NCBI GenBank assembly: GCA_022866885.1
Contig: JALHWS010000093.1
Location: 1-27,253 of the forward strand
DNA length: 27,253 bases
Source of the DNA: Candidatus Microgenomates bacterium
GTDB taxonomy: Bacteria > Patescibacteriota > Microgenomatia > 2-02-FULL-39-11
Direction of reading: 5' to 3'
In this document: positions 1-7,852 of the stretch, one piece after another
How positions within the stretch are numbered: the first letter of the stretch is position 1
Layout: each line of letters starts with the position of its first letter
Translations under genes and position numbers: made by a program
The notes under the pieces: model-generated
Databases searched by the model: none
The model's input: the letters and a program-made list of their open reading frames with translations, nothing else
Told to the model about the DNA's origin: nothing

Positions 1-526
1 AACAGGCTTCTATCAAAGTGACAATACCGGCAATGACAAAACACCAACTGGCAAAGCGGTGGGTTCTGTTCCAGTTATCTTCACTGGCTAATGTCCAGGG
101 CACTTTTATACCGAGAAAATAATTCTGTCTGATTTTGGACAGGTAATTACCGAAAAGGATAAATAATGACCCTATGCCGATGAACATAAACGGCATCATT
201 GGAACCTCAGGATTTAAGGAGAGATAAAAAATAATAAACTGGAGATAGGCAAAAAAACCTATCATTACGGTTTGGATAATTTCCCATTCCTTCTTAAACA
301 GGCGGTATTTTCCCTTTTTCGGGTCAAATGAAGGAACGATTTGGAAAGCGGCAAACATAACGGCGGTCAAAACAGGCAATATCCAAACGGCAATATTTTT
401 CGGCATATAATTATCCACTTCGCCCATGATGTTCCAATGCATGGGAATTACCTTCGGCAGTTGAGGTAATAAAACAATACCGGCAAGAAACATGAGTGAA
501 ATAATGAGGATATTTATTTTTTTCAT
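1..526 (-). CDS. SdpI-family immunity membrane protein (DUF1648 + SdpI), 3' end outside window
   Basis: Hand-translated, not in the ORF track. ATG at 526: MKKINILIISLMFLAGIVLLPQLPKVIPMHWNIMGEVDNY...GNYLSKIRQNYFLGIKVPWTLASEDNWNRTHRFASW. The PMHW...G and N..lGi+.PWTL..e..W..tHr motifs are characteristic of SdpI. It lies directly downstream of an SdpR-like gene. Confidence 0.88.
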   Translation of the reverse strand, partial: MKKINILIISLMFLAGIVLLPQLPKVIPMHWNIMGEVDNYMPKNIAVWILPVLTAVMFAAFQIVPSFDPKKGKYRLFKKEWEIIQTVMIGFFAYLQFIIFYLSLNPEVPMMPFMFIGIGSLFILFGNYLSKIRQNYFLGIKVPWTLASEDNWNRTHRFASWCFVIAGIVTLIEAC

Positions 527-532
527 ATGCTT

Positions 533-790
533 TTACCTCCCGAAAATATTTATAAAAGTCTTCAGGACTTCCTCAAAAACCGAAGTGTTAAGGGAATAGT
601 GGATAAATTGACCCTCCCTCTGGGCAATTACCAAATTGGCCCGTTTCAGGATATCCAGGTGGTGTGACAGAGTTGCGCCGGAAAAACGAAAATATTTTCG
701 GATTTCGTTAACCGTCATATCCCTTTTTTTCAATATTTCCAATATTTTCCTGCGGTTTTGGTCTGCTAATGCTTTAAAAAGTGTATCCAT
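533..790 (-). CDS. sdpR: ArsR-family autorepressor, SdpR-like
   Basis: 85 aa, FKALADQNRRKILEILK...SHHLDILKRANLVIAQREGQFIHYSLNTSV; closely resembles Bacillus SdpR and sits upstream of an sdpI-like gene. Confidence 0.85.
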   Translation of the reverse strand: MDTLFKALADQNRRKILEILKKRDMTVNEIRKYFRFSGATLSHHLDILKRANLVIAQREGQFIHYSLNTSVFEEVLKTFINIFGR

Positions 791-801
791 AAATAATTAG
801 A

Positions 802-823
802 TATTTAGACAATTATCTAAATA
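802..823. promoter_or_regulatory. Candidate SdpR operator (inverted repeat)
   Basis: TATTTAGA-caatta-TCTAAATA, a 22-bp palindrome with one mismatch, overlapping the -10 box and predicted start site of the sdpR promoter. Confidence 0.7.
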
Positions 824-849
824 ATAGAGGATACCATCCCATTTGTCAA
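821..849 (-). promoter_or_regulatory. Sigma70-type promoter for sdpR-sdpI
   Basis: Minus strand: TTGACA (849-844), 17-nt spacer, TATTAT (826-821). Confidence 0.75.
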
Positions 850-868
850 GACAAGGTTTAAGTGGAAT

Positions 869-2017
869 TTAGTCTCCGTTGTTAGTTCCTGCAGGAAGCA
901 TTTCAAGACCTTTGATGTCAGACAGAGCTTTCCCCATGATGCTTTGAAGATCACCGTGCATTCCCATAGTATTGTCGATTACCCGCCGGATATTGGTTTC
1001 CTGTTTTGCCCATTTGGAGGAAAACCAGCGTTTTTCTTTTTCCAGATCTTCCTGCATGGCCGAAAAAGCCTCAATAATTGCCTCGACCCGTTGCCGGAAA
1101 CCGGTACCGGAAAGATAATTGTACAAAACAGCCATTTTTTCCTGCCGGCCGACATTGGTCAATTTGACGGCCGCTACTTCGATAAGACTCATCCGCAGAG
1201 CGCTGGCTAAACCGACAATCGATTTAAAATCACCGATCCAAACTCCCTTTTGCAGACCGAAATTATTCACCCCTTCCGGCAAGACTTGAGAAATGATAAC
1301 CGCAATTTCCGCCTTCAATTGTCTTTGGTCTTCCTTCAGTTTGACAACCCAATCACCGGCCCAGAATCTAGTCCTTTTGGATTCCCAAACAATCGTGCCG
1401 CAGACGCGGCCGGCACTGTTTTTCACTGTCTGTAAAACATCCGCTCCCCTGGTGCCTTTGGCAACCGGCTTAATCTCGTCGTATGGAAACTCCCGCCGCA
1501 GCGTATTTTCCAGCTCCAGTTCCAAGACCTCACCCTGAAGTTGCTGTGATCCCTGCTCCAGTTTCCTTTTGTATTCCTTAACCATTTCCAGGGCGTCGCT
1601 AAGCTTCTTGTCTTTCTCCAGAATTTTTAACTTGTACTCTTCTTCCGCCCGCTTCTTTTCTTCAAGCCGGATTTTCTCCTGTTCTTCAGCTAATTTTTTC
1701 TCCAGTTCCAGTCTCCCCTTCTCGTTTTCATTTTTTAGCTGTCTGATCAATTTATTTACTTCCAGCAACTGTTCCTGCAAAGTTTTATTTTGTTTTCTCA
1801 ATTCTTCTGTTTCGTTACTTTTGTCTTTGAGCAGTAACTCCATTTCCGATTTTAGTTTAGCCCCCAATTCGCTGCGCAACGCTTCTTCCAGCTTGGCTTT
1901 TTCCTCGGCCAGTCTTTTCCGGTAAAAAATCTGGTATTTCTCCTGTATCTGGTGGGAAAGGGCTTCCGTCAGCGGAATAGTCTTACGGCAATAGGGACAA
2001 ACTATTTGATCATTCAT
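869..2017 (-). CDS. DUF2130 domain-containing coiled-coil protein
   Basis: 382 aa: N-terminal CPYC knuckle, long coiled coil, then QGEVLELELE...FP.D.I..V.KG..GAD..Q.V...G.I.WESK.T..W...W..KLK.DQR, typical of DUF2130. Confidence 0.85.
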   Translation of the reverse strand: MNDQIVCPYCRKTIPLTEALSHQIQEKYQIFYRKRLAEEKAKLEEALRSELGAKLKSEMELLLKDKSNETEELRKQNKTLQEQLLEVNKLIRQLKNENEKGRLELEKKLAEEQEKIRLEEKKRAEEEYKLKILEKDKKLSDALEMVKEYKRKLEQGSQQLQGEVLELELENTLRREFPYDEIKPVAKGTRGADVLQTVKNSAGRVCGTIVWESKRTRFWAGDWVVKLKEDQRQLKAEIAVIISQVLPEGVNNFGLQKGVWIGDFKSIVGLASALRMSLIEVAAVKLTNVGRQEKMAVLYNYLSGTGFRQRVEAIIEAFSAMQEDLEKEKRWFSSKWAKQETNIRRVIDNTMGMHGDLQSIMGKALSDIKGLEMLPAGTNNGD

Positions 2018-2023
2018 AAATGT

Positions 2024-2275
2024 TCACCAGTTGTGGAACAGTTTTTGGAACCAGCCGGAAACGGGTTTATCTTTCTGGGCGAAAAAATAACGGGAACGGC
2101 ATTTGGGACTGCAGAAACAGCAGGCGATTTTTCTTCTTTTGAGTTGCTTGCGGTAATAACTTTCCTGCTTCTTAAAGTGTTTATGACAATGGTTGCATTC
2201 AAAGATGAGGAATTTTATTTTATTGTGGTATTTGACCGGAAGATTGATACTGTCAACAAGGATCTGTTTTAACAT
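2024..2275 (-). CDS. Small Cys-rich, probably zinc-binding hypothetical protein
   Basis: 83 aa with CNHC...F...CCFCSPKC. It ends 6 nt upstream of the DUF2130 start, and a TAAGAT -10-like box (2287-2282) lies 6 nt before its ATG. Confidence 0.65.
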   Translation of the reverse strand: MLKQILVDSINLPVKYHNKIKFLIFECNHCHKHFKKQESYYRKQLKRRKIACCFCSPKCRSRYFFAQKDKPVSGWFQKLFHNW

Positions 2276-2350
2276 GAGGATATCTTAGCAAACCCGGTCA
2301 ACTGCTGTCCATGACTGACTTTTACCGCGCATTTGGCGTACAATCATGAT

Positions 2351-3448
2351 ATGAGCAGAAAAATTATTTTTCTCATCATAATTTCGCTTACTGCCATTGG
2401 ATTAATAATGACCGTTTTATTGCGGTCAAATAATTTTTCAGGCGAGTTGATCGTCCCCTTTTCTCAAAATATCATCACGATAAATCCTACAATTCCGCTC
2501 CAAAATGATTTGTATGAAATTCCTTCACTTTCTTTGGATAATATTTTCAAAAGCGATAAGAACTTCTCTTCTTATCCTCCGGAAAAAATTCGCGTTTTGA
2601 TCGCCACCGGCGATGTCATTCCTGCAAGAAGCGTTAATTACCAGGCCAATAGCCGCCGCGATTTCCGCTGGCCGTTTGAGAAAACAGCTGAAGTTTTAGA
2701 AAATGCTGATTTGACTTTGATCAATCTTGAGTCACCGCTTGTCCCCAATTGTCCGCTAACTAACTCGGGAATGATTTTTTGCGGAGATGCAAGAAACATA
2801 GAAGGTCTGACTTTTGCCGGCGTGGATGTGGCCAGTCTCGCCAACAATCATCTTGAAAATTATGGCGAAAAAGGCGTCACTAGCACGGTTAAAGTATTGG
2901 AAGAAACCGGTATTTTACCTGTTCTTGAAAATCAACCGCAGGTCAAAGATGTCCGGGGGCTTCGTTTTGGTTTTGCCGCCTTTCACGACCTGGTCCAGCC
3001 GCAGTTGGCAATCGAAAAAGAATACAGCGATAAAATCGCCTCCCAAGTGGCCGAGCTTAAAAAACAAAGCGATATGGTAATTGTTTCTTTTCACTGGAGC
3101 GCTGAATACACCAGTATTCCCTCCCAGAGACAAAGGGATTTGGCGCATTTGGCTGTGGATAACGGCGCGGATCTTATCATCGGCAACCATCCCCATTGGA
3201 TCCAGCCGGTTGAAATTTATCATGACAAGCTGATCGTTTATGCCCATGGTAATTTTGTTTTTGACCAGATGTGGTCGGAGAAAACCAAAGAAGGAGTTGT
3301 TGGAAAATATACTTTTTTGGATAACCGGCTGATTGATGCCGAATTTCTGCCGGTGAAAATTGTCTACTTCGGCCAACCGTATTTTCTGCAAGACTTCGCA
3401 AAAGAAAAAATCCTAAAAGAGATGAAAGAGGGATCATCGAAGCTATAA
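2351..3448 (+). CDS. CapA-family (PGA_cap) metallophosphoesterase with N-terminal membrane anchor
   Basis: Motifs GDV, NLE.P, LANNH..NYG, SFHWS.EY, GNHPHW.Q, GNFVFDQ. Start moved from the track's TTG 2333 to ATG 2351 because a TACAAT -10 box lies at 2339-2344. Confidence 0.88.
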   Translation: MSRKIIFLIIISLTAIGLIMTVLLRSNNFSGELIVPFSQNIITINPTIPLQNDLYEIPSLSLDNIFKSDKNFSSYPPEKIRVLIATGDVIPARSVNYQANSRRDFRWPFEKTAEVLENADLTLINLESPLVPNCPLTNSGMIFCGDARNIEGLTFAGVDVASLANNHLENYGEKGVTSTVKVLEETGILPVLENQPQVKDVRGLRFGFAAFHDLVQPQLAIEKEYSDKIASQVAELKKQSDMVIVSFHWSAEYTSIPSQRQRDLAHLAVDNGADLIIGNHPHWIQPVEIYHDKLIVYAHGNFVFDQMWSEKTKEGVVGKYTFLDNRLIDAEFLPVKIVYFGQPYFLQDFAKEKILKEMKEGSSKL

Positions 3449-3451
3449 AAC

Positions 3452-3479
3452 AAAACCCCTCCAAATATGGAGAGGTTTT
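3452..3479. terminator. Bidirectional intrinsic terminator-like hairpin
   Basis: AAAACC-C-CTCCA-AATA-TGGAG-A-GGTTTT between convergent genes, with an A-tract and a T-tract on the flanks. Confidence 0.6.
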
Positions 3480-3502
3480 ATTTATAAAATTCGAAGCTAA
3501 AT

Positions 3503-3643
3503 TTAGCCACCGATTTTGTACATTCCGGTTCCGCAAGTCGGACACTTCCCTTTCATTGCCGGTTTGCCGTTTTTCATCGTCACTTTAGTGGCGTTTGGAT
3601 CGTCTCTTTTGGCGCGGCACTTGACGCAATACATTTGTGTCAT
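3503..3643 (-). CDS. DUF5679-family small zinc-ribbon protein (46 aa)
   Basis: Hand-translated MTQMYCVKCRAKRDDPNATKVTMKNGKPAMKGKCPTCGTGMYKIGG*. It has two CxxC motifs and a strong SD (GGGGGTGA) upstream. It is below the ORF track's size cutoff. Confidence 0.85.
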   Translation of the reverse strand: MTQMYCVKCRAKRDDPNATKVTMKNGKPAMKGKCPTCGTGMYKIGG

Positions 3644-3665
3644 AAATTCTCGTCACCCCCTTTCA

Positions 3666-3703
3666 CCTCGCCGTAGTCCCGCCAAAGGCGGGACGCAGGC
3701 GGG
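3666..3703. repeat. Nested GC-rich palindromic element
   Basis: Perfect GTCCCGCC-AAA-GGCGGGAC hairpin (3676-3694) inside outer arms CTCGCC/GGCGGG. Confidence 0.7.
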
Positions 3704-3973
3704 TCAACCTCTATGTAGCACGAAATATAACACACCCTGGAAAATGACGGCTAAAAAAGTGAATATAGTAATTTTTATTAAGTCACGCTTGACGTAAGCA
3801 TATTCCGAAGCTGGATGGGAAATTTGAGGCTTTGTGACAATATCTGTATTCACGCTTAATTTATCGACTTGAGGCAAACTGACGGTGATCTGCGGCTGGG
3901 TATTTTGACTATTGACAAAATGATTGCGGTGGATCCGGGCTAAGATTTTTTGTCTTTTTGTCTTTCTTGGCAT
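3704..3973 (-). CDS. Small membrane-anchored hypothetical protein (basic N-terminus, C-terminal TM helix)
   Basis: MPRKTKRQK...YAYVKRDLIKITIFTFLAVIFQGVLYFVL. Start taken at ATG 3973; the track's extension to 4045 overlaps the divergent promoter. Confidence 0.7.
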   Translation of the reverse strand: MPRKTKRQKILARIHRNHFVNSQNTQPQITVSLPQVDKLSVNTDIVTKPQISHPASEYAYVKRDLIKITIFTFLAVIFQGVLYFVLHRG

Positions 3974-3994
3974 ATTTTCGGTGAGCTTAACATA

Positions 3995-4023
3995 TTGACA
4001 GGAAGTTGTAAAGTGAGTACAAT
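3995..4023 (+). promoter_or_regulatory. Sigma70-type promoter for the DUF4446...secF run
   Basis: TTGACA (3995-4000), 17-nt spacer, TACAAT (4018-4023). Confidence 0.75.
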
Positions 4024-4052
4024 CTCGAATACATAGTGTACTCATTTAATAC

Positions 4053-4535
4053 ATGGATCAACTGGCTAATTTACTTATCATAATTATTTTTGTCTGGTTG
4101 GGTATCATCAGCTTTTTTCTTTACAAAATATCGTTCCATTACAAACGGCTGATTGACGAAACAGGCAGAAGTAATTTACGGGAAATCCTGGACACGCTTT
4201 TGGAGTGGCTCGGTCAGAATGAAAAAGAGATTAAAGAGCTGAAAAAGTTCGTTGAAAAGTTAGCGCAAGACAGTGTATATTATGTACAAAAGGTAGGCAT
4301 CTTGCGTTTTAATCCTTTTTCCGATACGGGCGGTGACCAAAGTTTTGTTCTGGCAATCCTGGATGGAACTGATACCGGAATTGTGTTAACATCATTACAT
4401 ACCAGAGGAATCACCCGCTGGTATGCTAAAAATGTCAAGTCAGGCCAGGGAGTTGACCATGAGTTATCCAAAGAAGAACAGGAAGCCATAAAACGGGCTG
4501 TTCATTTAAAAGTAAAAGCGTTAAAATCAAAATAA
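4053..4535 (+). CDS. DUF4446-family protein
   Basis: N-terminal TM helix, coiled coil, then QKVGILRFNPFSDTGGDQSF..A.LD...G.V.TSLH.R...R.YAK.V..G.....LS.EE. Confidence 0.85.
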   Translation: MDQLANLLIIIIFVWLGIISFFLYKISFHYKRLIDETGRSNLREILDTLLEWLGQNEKEIKELKKFVEKLAQDSVYYVQKVGILRFNPFSDTGGDQSFVLAILDGTDTGIVLTSLHTRGITRWYAKNVKSGQGVDHELSKEEQEAIKRAVHLKVKALKSK

Positions 4536-4538
4536 AGC

Positions 4539-5717
4539 ATGCAAAAGCAAAAAATTGCCATCATCATTGCCGGGTTAGGTCTATATTTATTAACAACAGG
4601 CATCTCCTATGGATTTTTTAACCTAATAGGCGGGTATCAATCTGGAGGACTTTTGATTACCCCGGAAGTGAAAGTTTCCCCACAAGAAAAACCGAAGTAT
4701 AAAGTCGACCCGTCAGTCCCCCGGGACCAAGTTTGTCCCTTAAATGGAGTGAAATATACCAAGCAGGAAAAAGACATCTGGGATACGAGAAGGCCGCTGG
4801 CGGTGATGATGGAAAACAGCGATGAAGCCAGACCACAATCAGGTATATCGCGGGCGGACGTTGTTTATGAAGCCTTGGCGGAAGGTTGGATCACCCGGTT
4901 TATGGGTGTATACTTTTGCAATACCCCGATGGAAAATATCACTTTCGCCCCTGTCCGCTCAGCCAGAACATATTTTCTGGACTGGGTTTCCGAATATGAT
5001 GCTTTGTATAATCACGTGGGAGGAGCCGGCCGCTGTCCGGATGATACAGTTGACCAGAGGGCCAAAGCGCTTTGCCAGATAGACCAATATGGGATAAAAG
5101 ACCTTGACCAGTTTGGCATAAGCTATCCGGACTGTTATCGCAATCCCGACAGGCTTGATCATCCGGTCGCCACCGAACACACCATGGTCTGTTTCTCCGA
5201 CAATCTTTATAAAATCGCCGAAAAAAGGGAATGGACAAACGTCGATGAACGCGGGATTGCCTGGGATAAAAATTTCAAGGAGTGGCTATTTAAAGATGAT
5301 GCGGCCGAAGCGGATAGAGGAACTGTCAATAATGTAAAAATCGTTTTTGCCCAAGGTTATGAGAAGTATGACGCGCAGTGGGAATACGACAAGACAAATA
5401 ATAACTATAAGAGAAAGACCGGCGGAGTAGCCCATCTTGATCTGGAAACCAAAGAACAGCTAACCGTCAAAAATGTAATCGTCCAGCTTGTTAAACTAAC
5501 CGGACCGGTCGATGAACACGGACACATCCTTTATGGAACTATCGGCAGCGGTAAAGCCCTGATTTTCAGGGACGGTAAAGTCACCGTTGGCACTTGGGCT
5601 AAAAAGAGCCGGATTGGCCGGACAGTTTACTCTGATAATCTTGGTAAGGAAGTCCAGTTTGACCGGGGGGTCATCTGGATCGAGTTTATTCCCAGTGAAC
5701 AACAGGTTACCTATTAA
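4539..5717 (+). CDS. DUF3048-family (YerB-like) exported protein
   Basis: N-terminal TM/signal segment; RPLAVMMEN...ARPQSG...ADVVYE...EG.ITRF and PVRSARTYF motifs. Confidence 0.85.
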   Translation: MQKQKIAIIIAGLGLYLLTTGISYGFFNLIGGYQSGGLLITPEVKVSPQEKPKYKVDPSVPRDQVCPLNGVKYTKQEKDIWDTRRPLAVMMENSDEARPQSGISRADVVYEALAEGWITRFMGVYFCNTPMENITFAPVRSARTYFLDWVSEYDALYNHVGGAGRCPDDTVDQRAKALCQIDQYGIKDLDQFGISYPDCYRNPDRLDHPVATEHTMVCFSDNLYKIAEKREWTNVDERGIAWDKNFKEWLFKDDAAEADRGTVNNVKIVFAQGYEKYDAQWEYDKTNNNYKRKTGGVAHLDLETKEQLTVKNVIVQLVKLTGPVDEHGHILYGTIGSGKALIFRDGKVTVGTWAKKSRIGRTVYSDNLGKEVQFDRGVIWIEFIPSEQQVTY

Positions 5718-5741
5718 TAAATATTACCTGCCCGGAAAATT

Positions 5742-6317
5742 ATGCTAACAGATCTAATTATTTCGCGGGTCCGGGTAAAAATTTTACAGCTTTTTTTTCA
5801 ATCTCCGGGAAAAATCTTCCATGTTCGCGATATCGTCAGAAGGGTTGACGAGGAAATCAATGCCGTAAGGCGGGAACTGGCGCATTTGGAAAAAATCGGG
5901 GCGATGACGAAGGAAAGACGGGCAAATCGTCTTTTTTATGCCCTGCGGCGTGATTATCCTTTGTATTTTGACCTCCTTGAACTCATCGTGAAGACTTCCG
6001 GAATGGGAGGAGAAATCATCAAACATCGAAATAAATTGGGGAAGATAAAATTTGCCATGATTTCCGGAAAATTTGCCAGAGGTACGGCAAGAAGCGGGGG
6101 TGATGTGGATCTTTTGATTGTCGGCAAAGTAGTTTTGCCGGAACTGGGACAAATCGTCAGAGCCGAGGAAGTCCACCGGGAAAGAGAAATCAATTATACG
6201 GTCATGAGCGAAGAAGAATTTGAGTTCAGAAAAAGACGAAGAGACCCTTTCGTGTTGGAAATTCTTAGAGGCGCCCGGATTATGGTCATCGGTGACGAGG
6301 AAGAATTGGTACAATAA
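5742..6317 (+). CDS. Winged-HTH + minimal nucleotidyltransferase-like domain protein
   Basis: N-terminal wHTH (VRDIVRRVDEEINAVRRELAHLEKIG...ANRLFY); C-terminal ISGKFARG...GDVDLLIVG, a Pol-beta-like NTase motif. Confidence 0.8.
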   Translation: MLTDLIISRVRVKILQLFFQSPGKIFHVRDIVRRVDEEINAVRRELAHLEKIGAMTKERRANRLFYALRRDYPLYFDLLELIVKTSGMGGEIIKHRNKLGKIKFAMISGKFARGTARSGGDVDLLIVGKVVLPELGQIVRAEEVHREREINYTVMSEEEFEFRKRRRDPFVLEILRGARIMVIGDEEELVQ

Positions 6318-6323
6318 ATTTTT

Positions 6324-6530
6324 ATGTCACAAAAAATTGTCAGAATCGGCAGAAGCAGTCTAGCAGTCATTATTCCGGCTGATTTTATCCATGCGTTGGG
6401 CGTGAAAGCCGGCGAACGAGTAAGTGTCCAAACTCACCCGGATAACGGAAAAGTCTTAATCCAATTTTCCGGAGCCATCCAATTGGCTCTACCAACTTCC
6501 AAAAACTTAAAAAAATCCCATGCAAAATAA
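6324..6530 (+). CDS. AbrB/MazE/SpoVT-family DNA-binding protein
   Basis: KIVRIGRSSLAVIIPADFIHALGVKAGERV, a swapped-hairpin signature; overlaps the secD start by 11 nt. Confidence 0.8.
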   Translation: MSQKIVRIGRSSLAVIIPADFIHALGVKAGERVSVQTHPDNGKVLIQFSGAIQLALPTSKNLKKSHAK

Positions 6531-7848
6531 ACGTTTCCTGCTTTGGTTAATCGCCATCTTAACCGTCTTTTCGGCTATCATTGATTTGCCGAAGAATTTC
6601 CCTCTTAAATTTAATCTCGGCCCCTTAAAAGTTGACCGGATCATCAGTTCGCCTTCCATTAACATAAACCTTGGACCAATTTCTTTTAAGAAAGATCTGA
6701 ATACCCGGTACGGACTTGACCTTTCCGGAGGCACCCATCTGGTTTTGGAAGCGGAAATGACCGATATCGCCGCCGCAGACAGGGATAAAGCTTTTGCTTC
6801 TGCCAAAAGCGTCGTTGAACGAAGGATCAATCTTTATGGTTTGACGGAACCGGTTGTGCAACAGACAAAAACCGGTGGCAATTACCGGATTATTGTCGAA
6901 ATCCCCGGAGTCACCAATGTCAACCAGGCGATTGACTTGATAGGCCGCACCGCCCAGTTGGCTTTTTACGAAGAATCGACAGCTTCTGCTAAAGTGGCTA
7001 CCCCTTCGAGTTGGCTGGATATCTGGCCGGTGGCAACCCGTCTGACCGGTAAAAATTTGAAACGCTCGGAAGTCACTTTTGATCAAAAAACCGGCAAACC
7101 GCAGGTGGCTCTATCTTTTGATGAGGAAGGCGGAAAAATATTTGAAGAGGTAACCAGAAGAAATATCGGCAAGACGGTTGCTATTCTTCTTGATAAACAA
7201 CTATTATCGGCGCCTCAAGTAAGTGAACCGATTAGCGGCGGTCAAGCGGTCATCAACGGGTCATTCAGTATGGAAGAAGCCAAAAGACTCTCCATTTCCC
7301 TAAACGCCGGAGCGCTGCCGGTGCCTTTGAAAGTGGTGGAACAGCGGCGTATCGGAGCAACACTAGGGAGTGAGTCGGTAACGAAAAGTCTTATTGCCGG
7401 AGCTATCGGTTTGACGATTGTCGCACTTTTTATGATAGTCAATTACCAGATGATGGGTTTCATCGCCGATATGGCTTTGATAACTTATACTTTGCTTGTT
7501 TTTGCCATTTTTAAGCTTATGCCGGTTACCCTGACGCTGGCCGGAATCGCCGGATTTATCCTTTCAATCGGCATGGCGGTTGACGCCAATATCCTGATTT
7601 TTGAGCGGATGAAAGAGGAAATCAGGTGGGGAAAAGACCACTTGACTGCCATCAGGCTTGGTTTTGACCGGGCTTTCCCTTCAATCCGCGATTCCAATAT
7701 TTCCTCGCTTATCACCTGCAGTATTTTGTATTATTTCGGCAGCGGCATTATCCGGGGATTTGCCATCACTTTAGCAATCGGCATCATCGTTTCACTTTTC
7801 AGCGCGATTACTATCACGCGGACATTTTTAAAAATGGTTTACCGTTAA
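6520..7848 (+). CDS. secD: Protein translocase subunit SecD
   Basis: GLDLSGG, RINLYGLTEP, LNAGALPVPL, IGATLG, GMAVDANILIFERMKEE, GFA.TLAIG motifs. Confidence 0.97.
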   Translation: MQNKRFLLWLIAILTVFSAIIDLPKNFPLKFNLGPLKVDRIISSPSININLGPISFKKDLNTRYGLDLSGGTHLVLEAEMTDIAAADRDKAFASAKSVVERRINLYGLTEPVVQQTKTGGNYRIIVEIPGVTNVNQAIDLIGRTAQLAFYEESTASAKVATPSSWLDIWPVATRLTGKNLKRSEVTFDQKTGKPQVALSFDEEGGKIFEEVTRRNIGKTVAILLDKQLLSAPQVSEPISGGQAVINGSFSMEEAKRLSISLNAGALPVPLKVVEQRRIGATLGSESVTKSLIAGAIGLTIVALFMIVNYQMMGFIADMALITYTLLVFAIFKLMPVTLTLAGIAGFILSIGMAVDANILIFERMKEEIRWGKDHLTAIRLGFDRAFPSIRDSNISSLITCSILYYFGSGIIRGFAITLAIGIIVSLFSAITITRTFLKMVYR

Positions 7849-7852
7849 AAAT

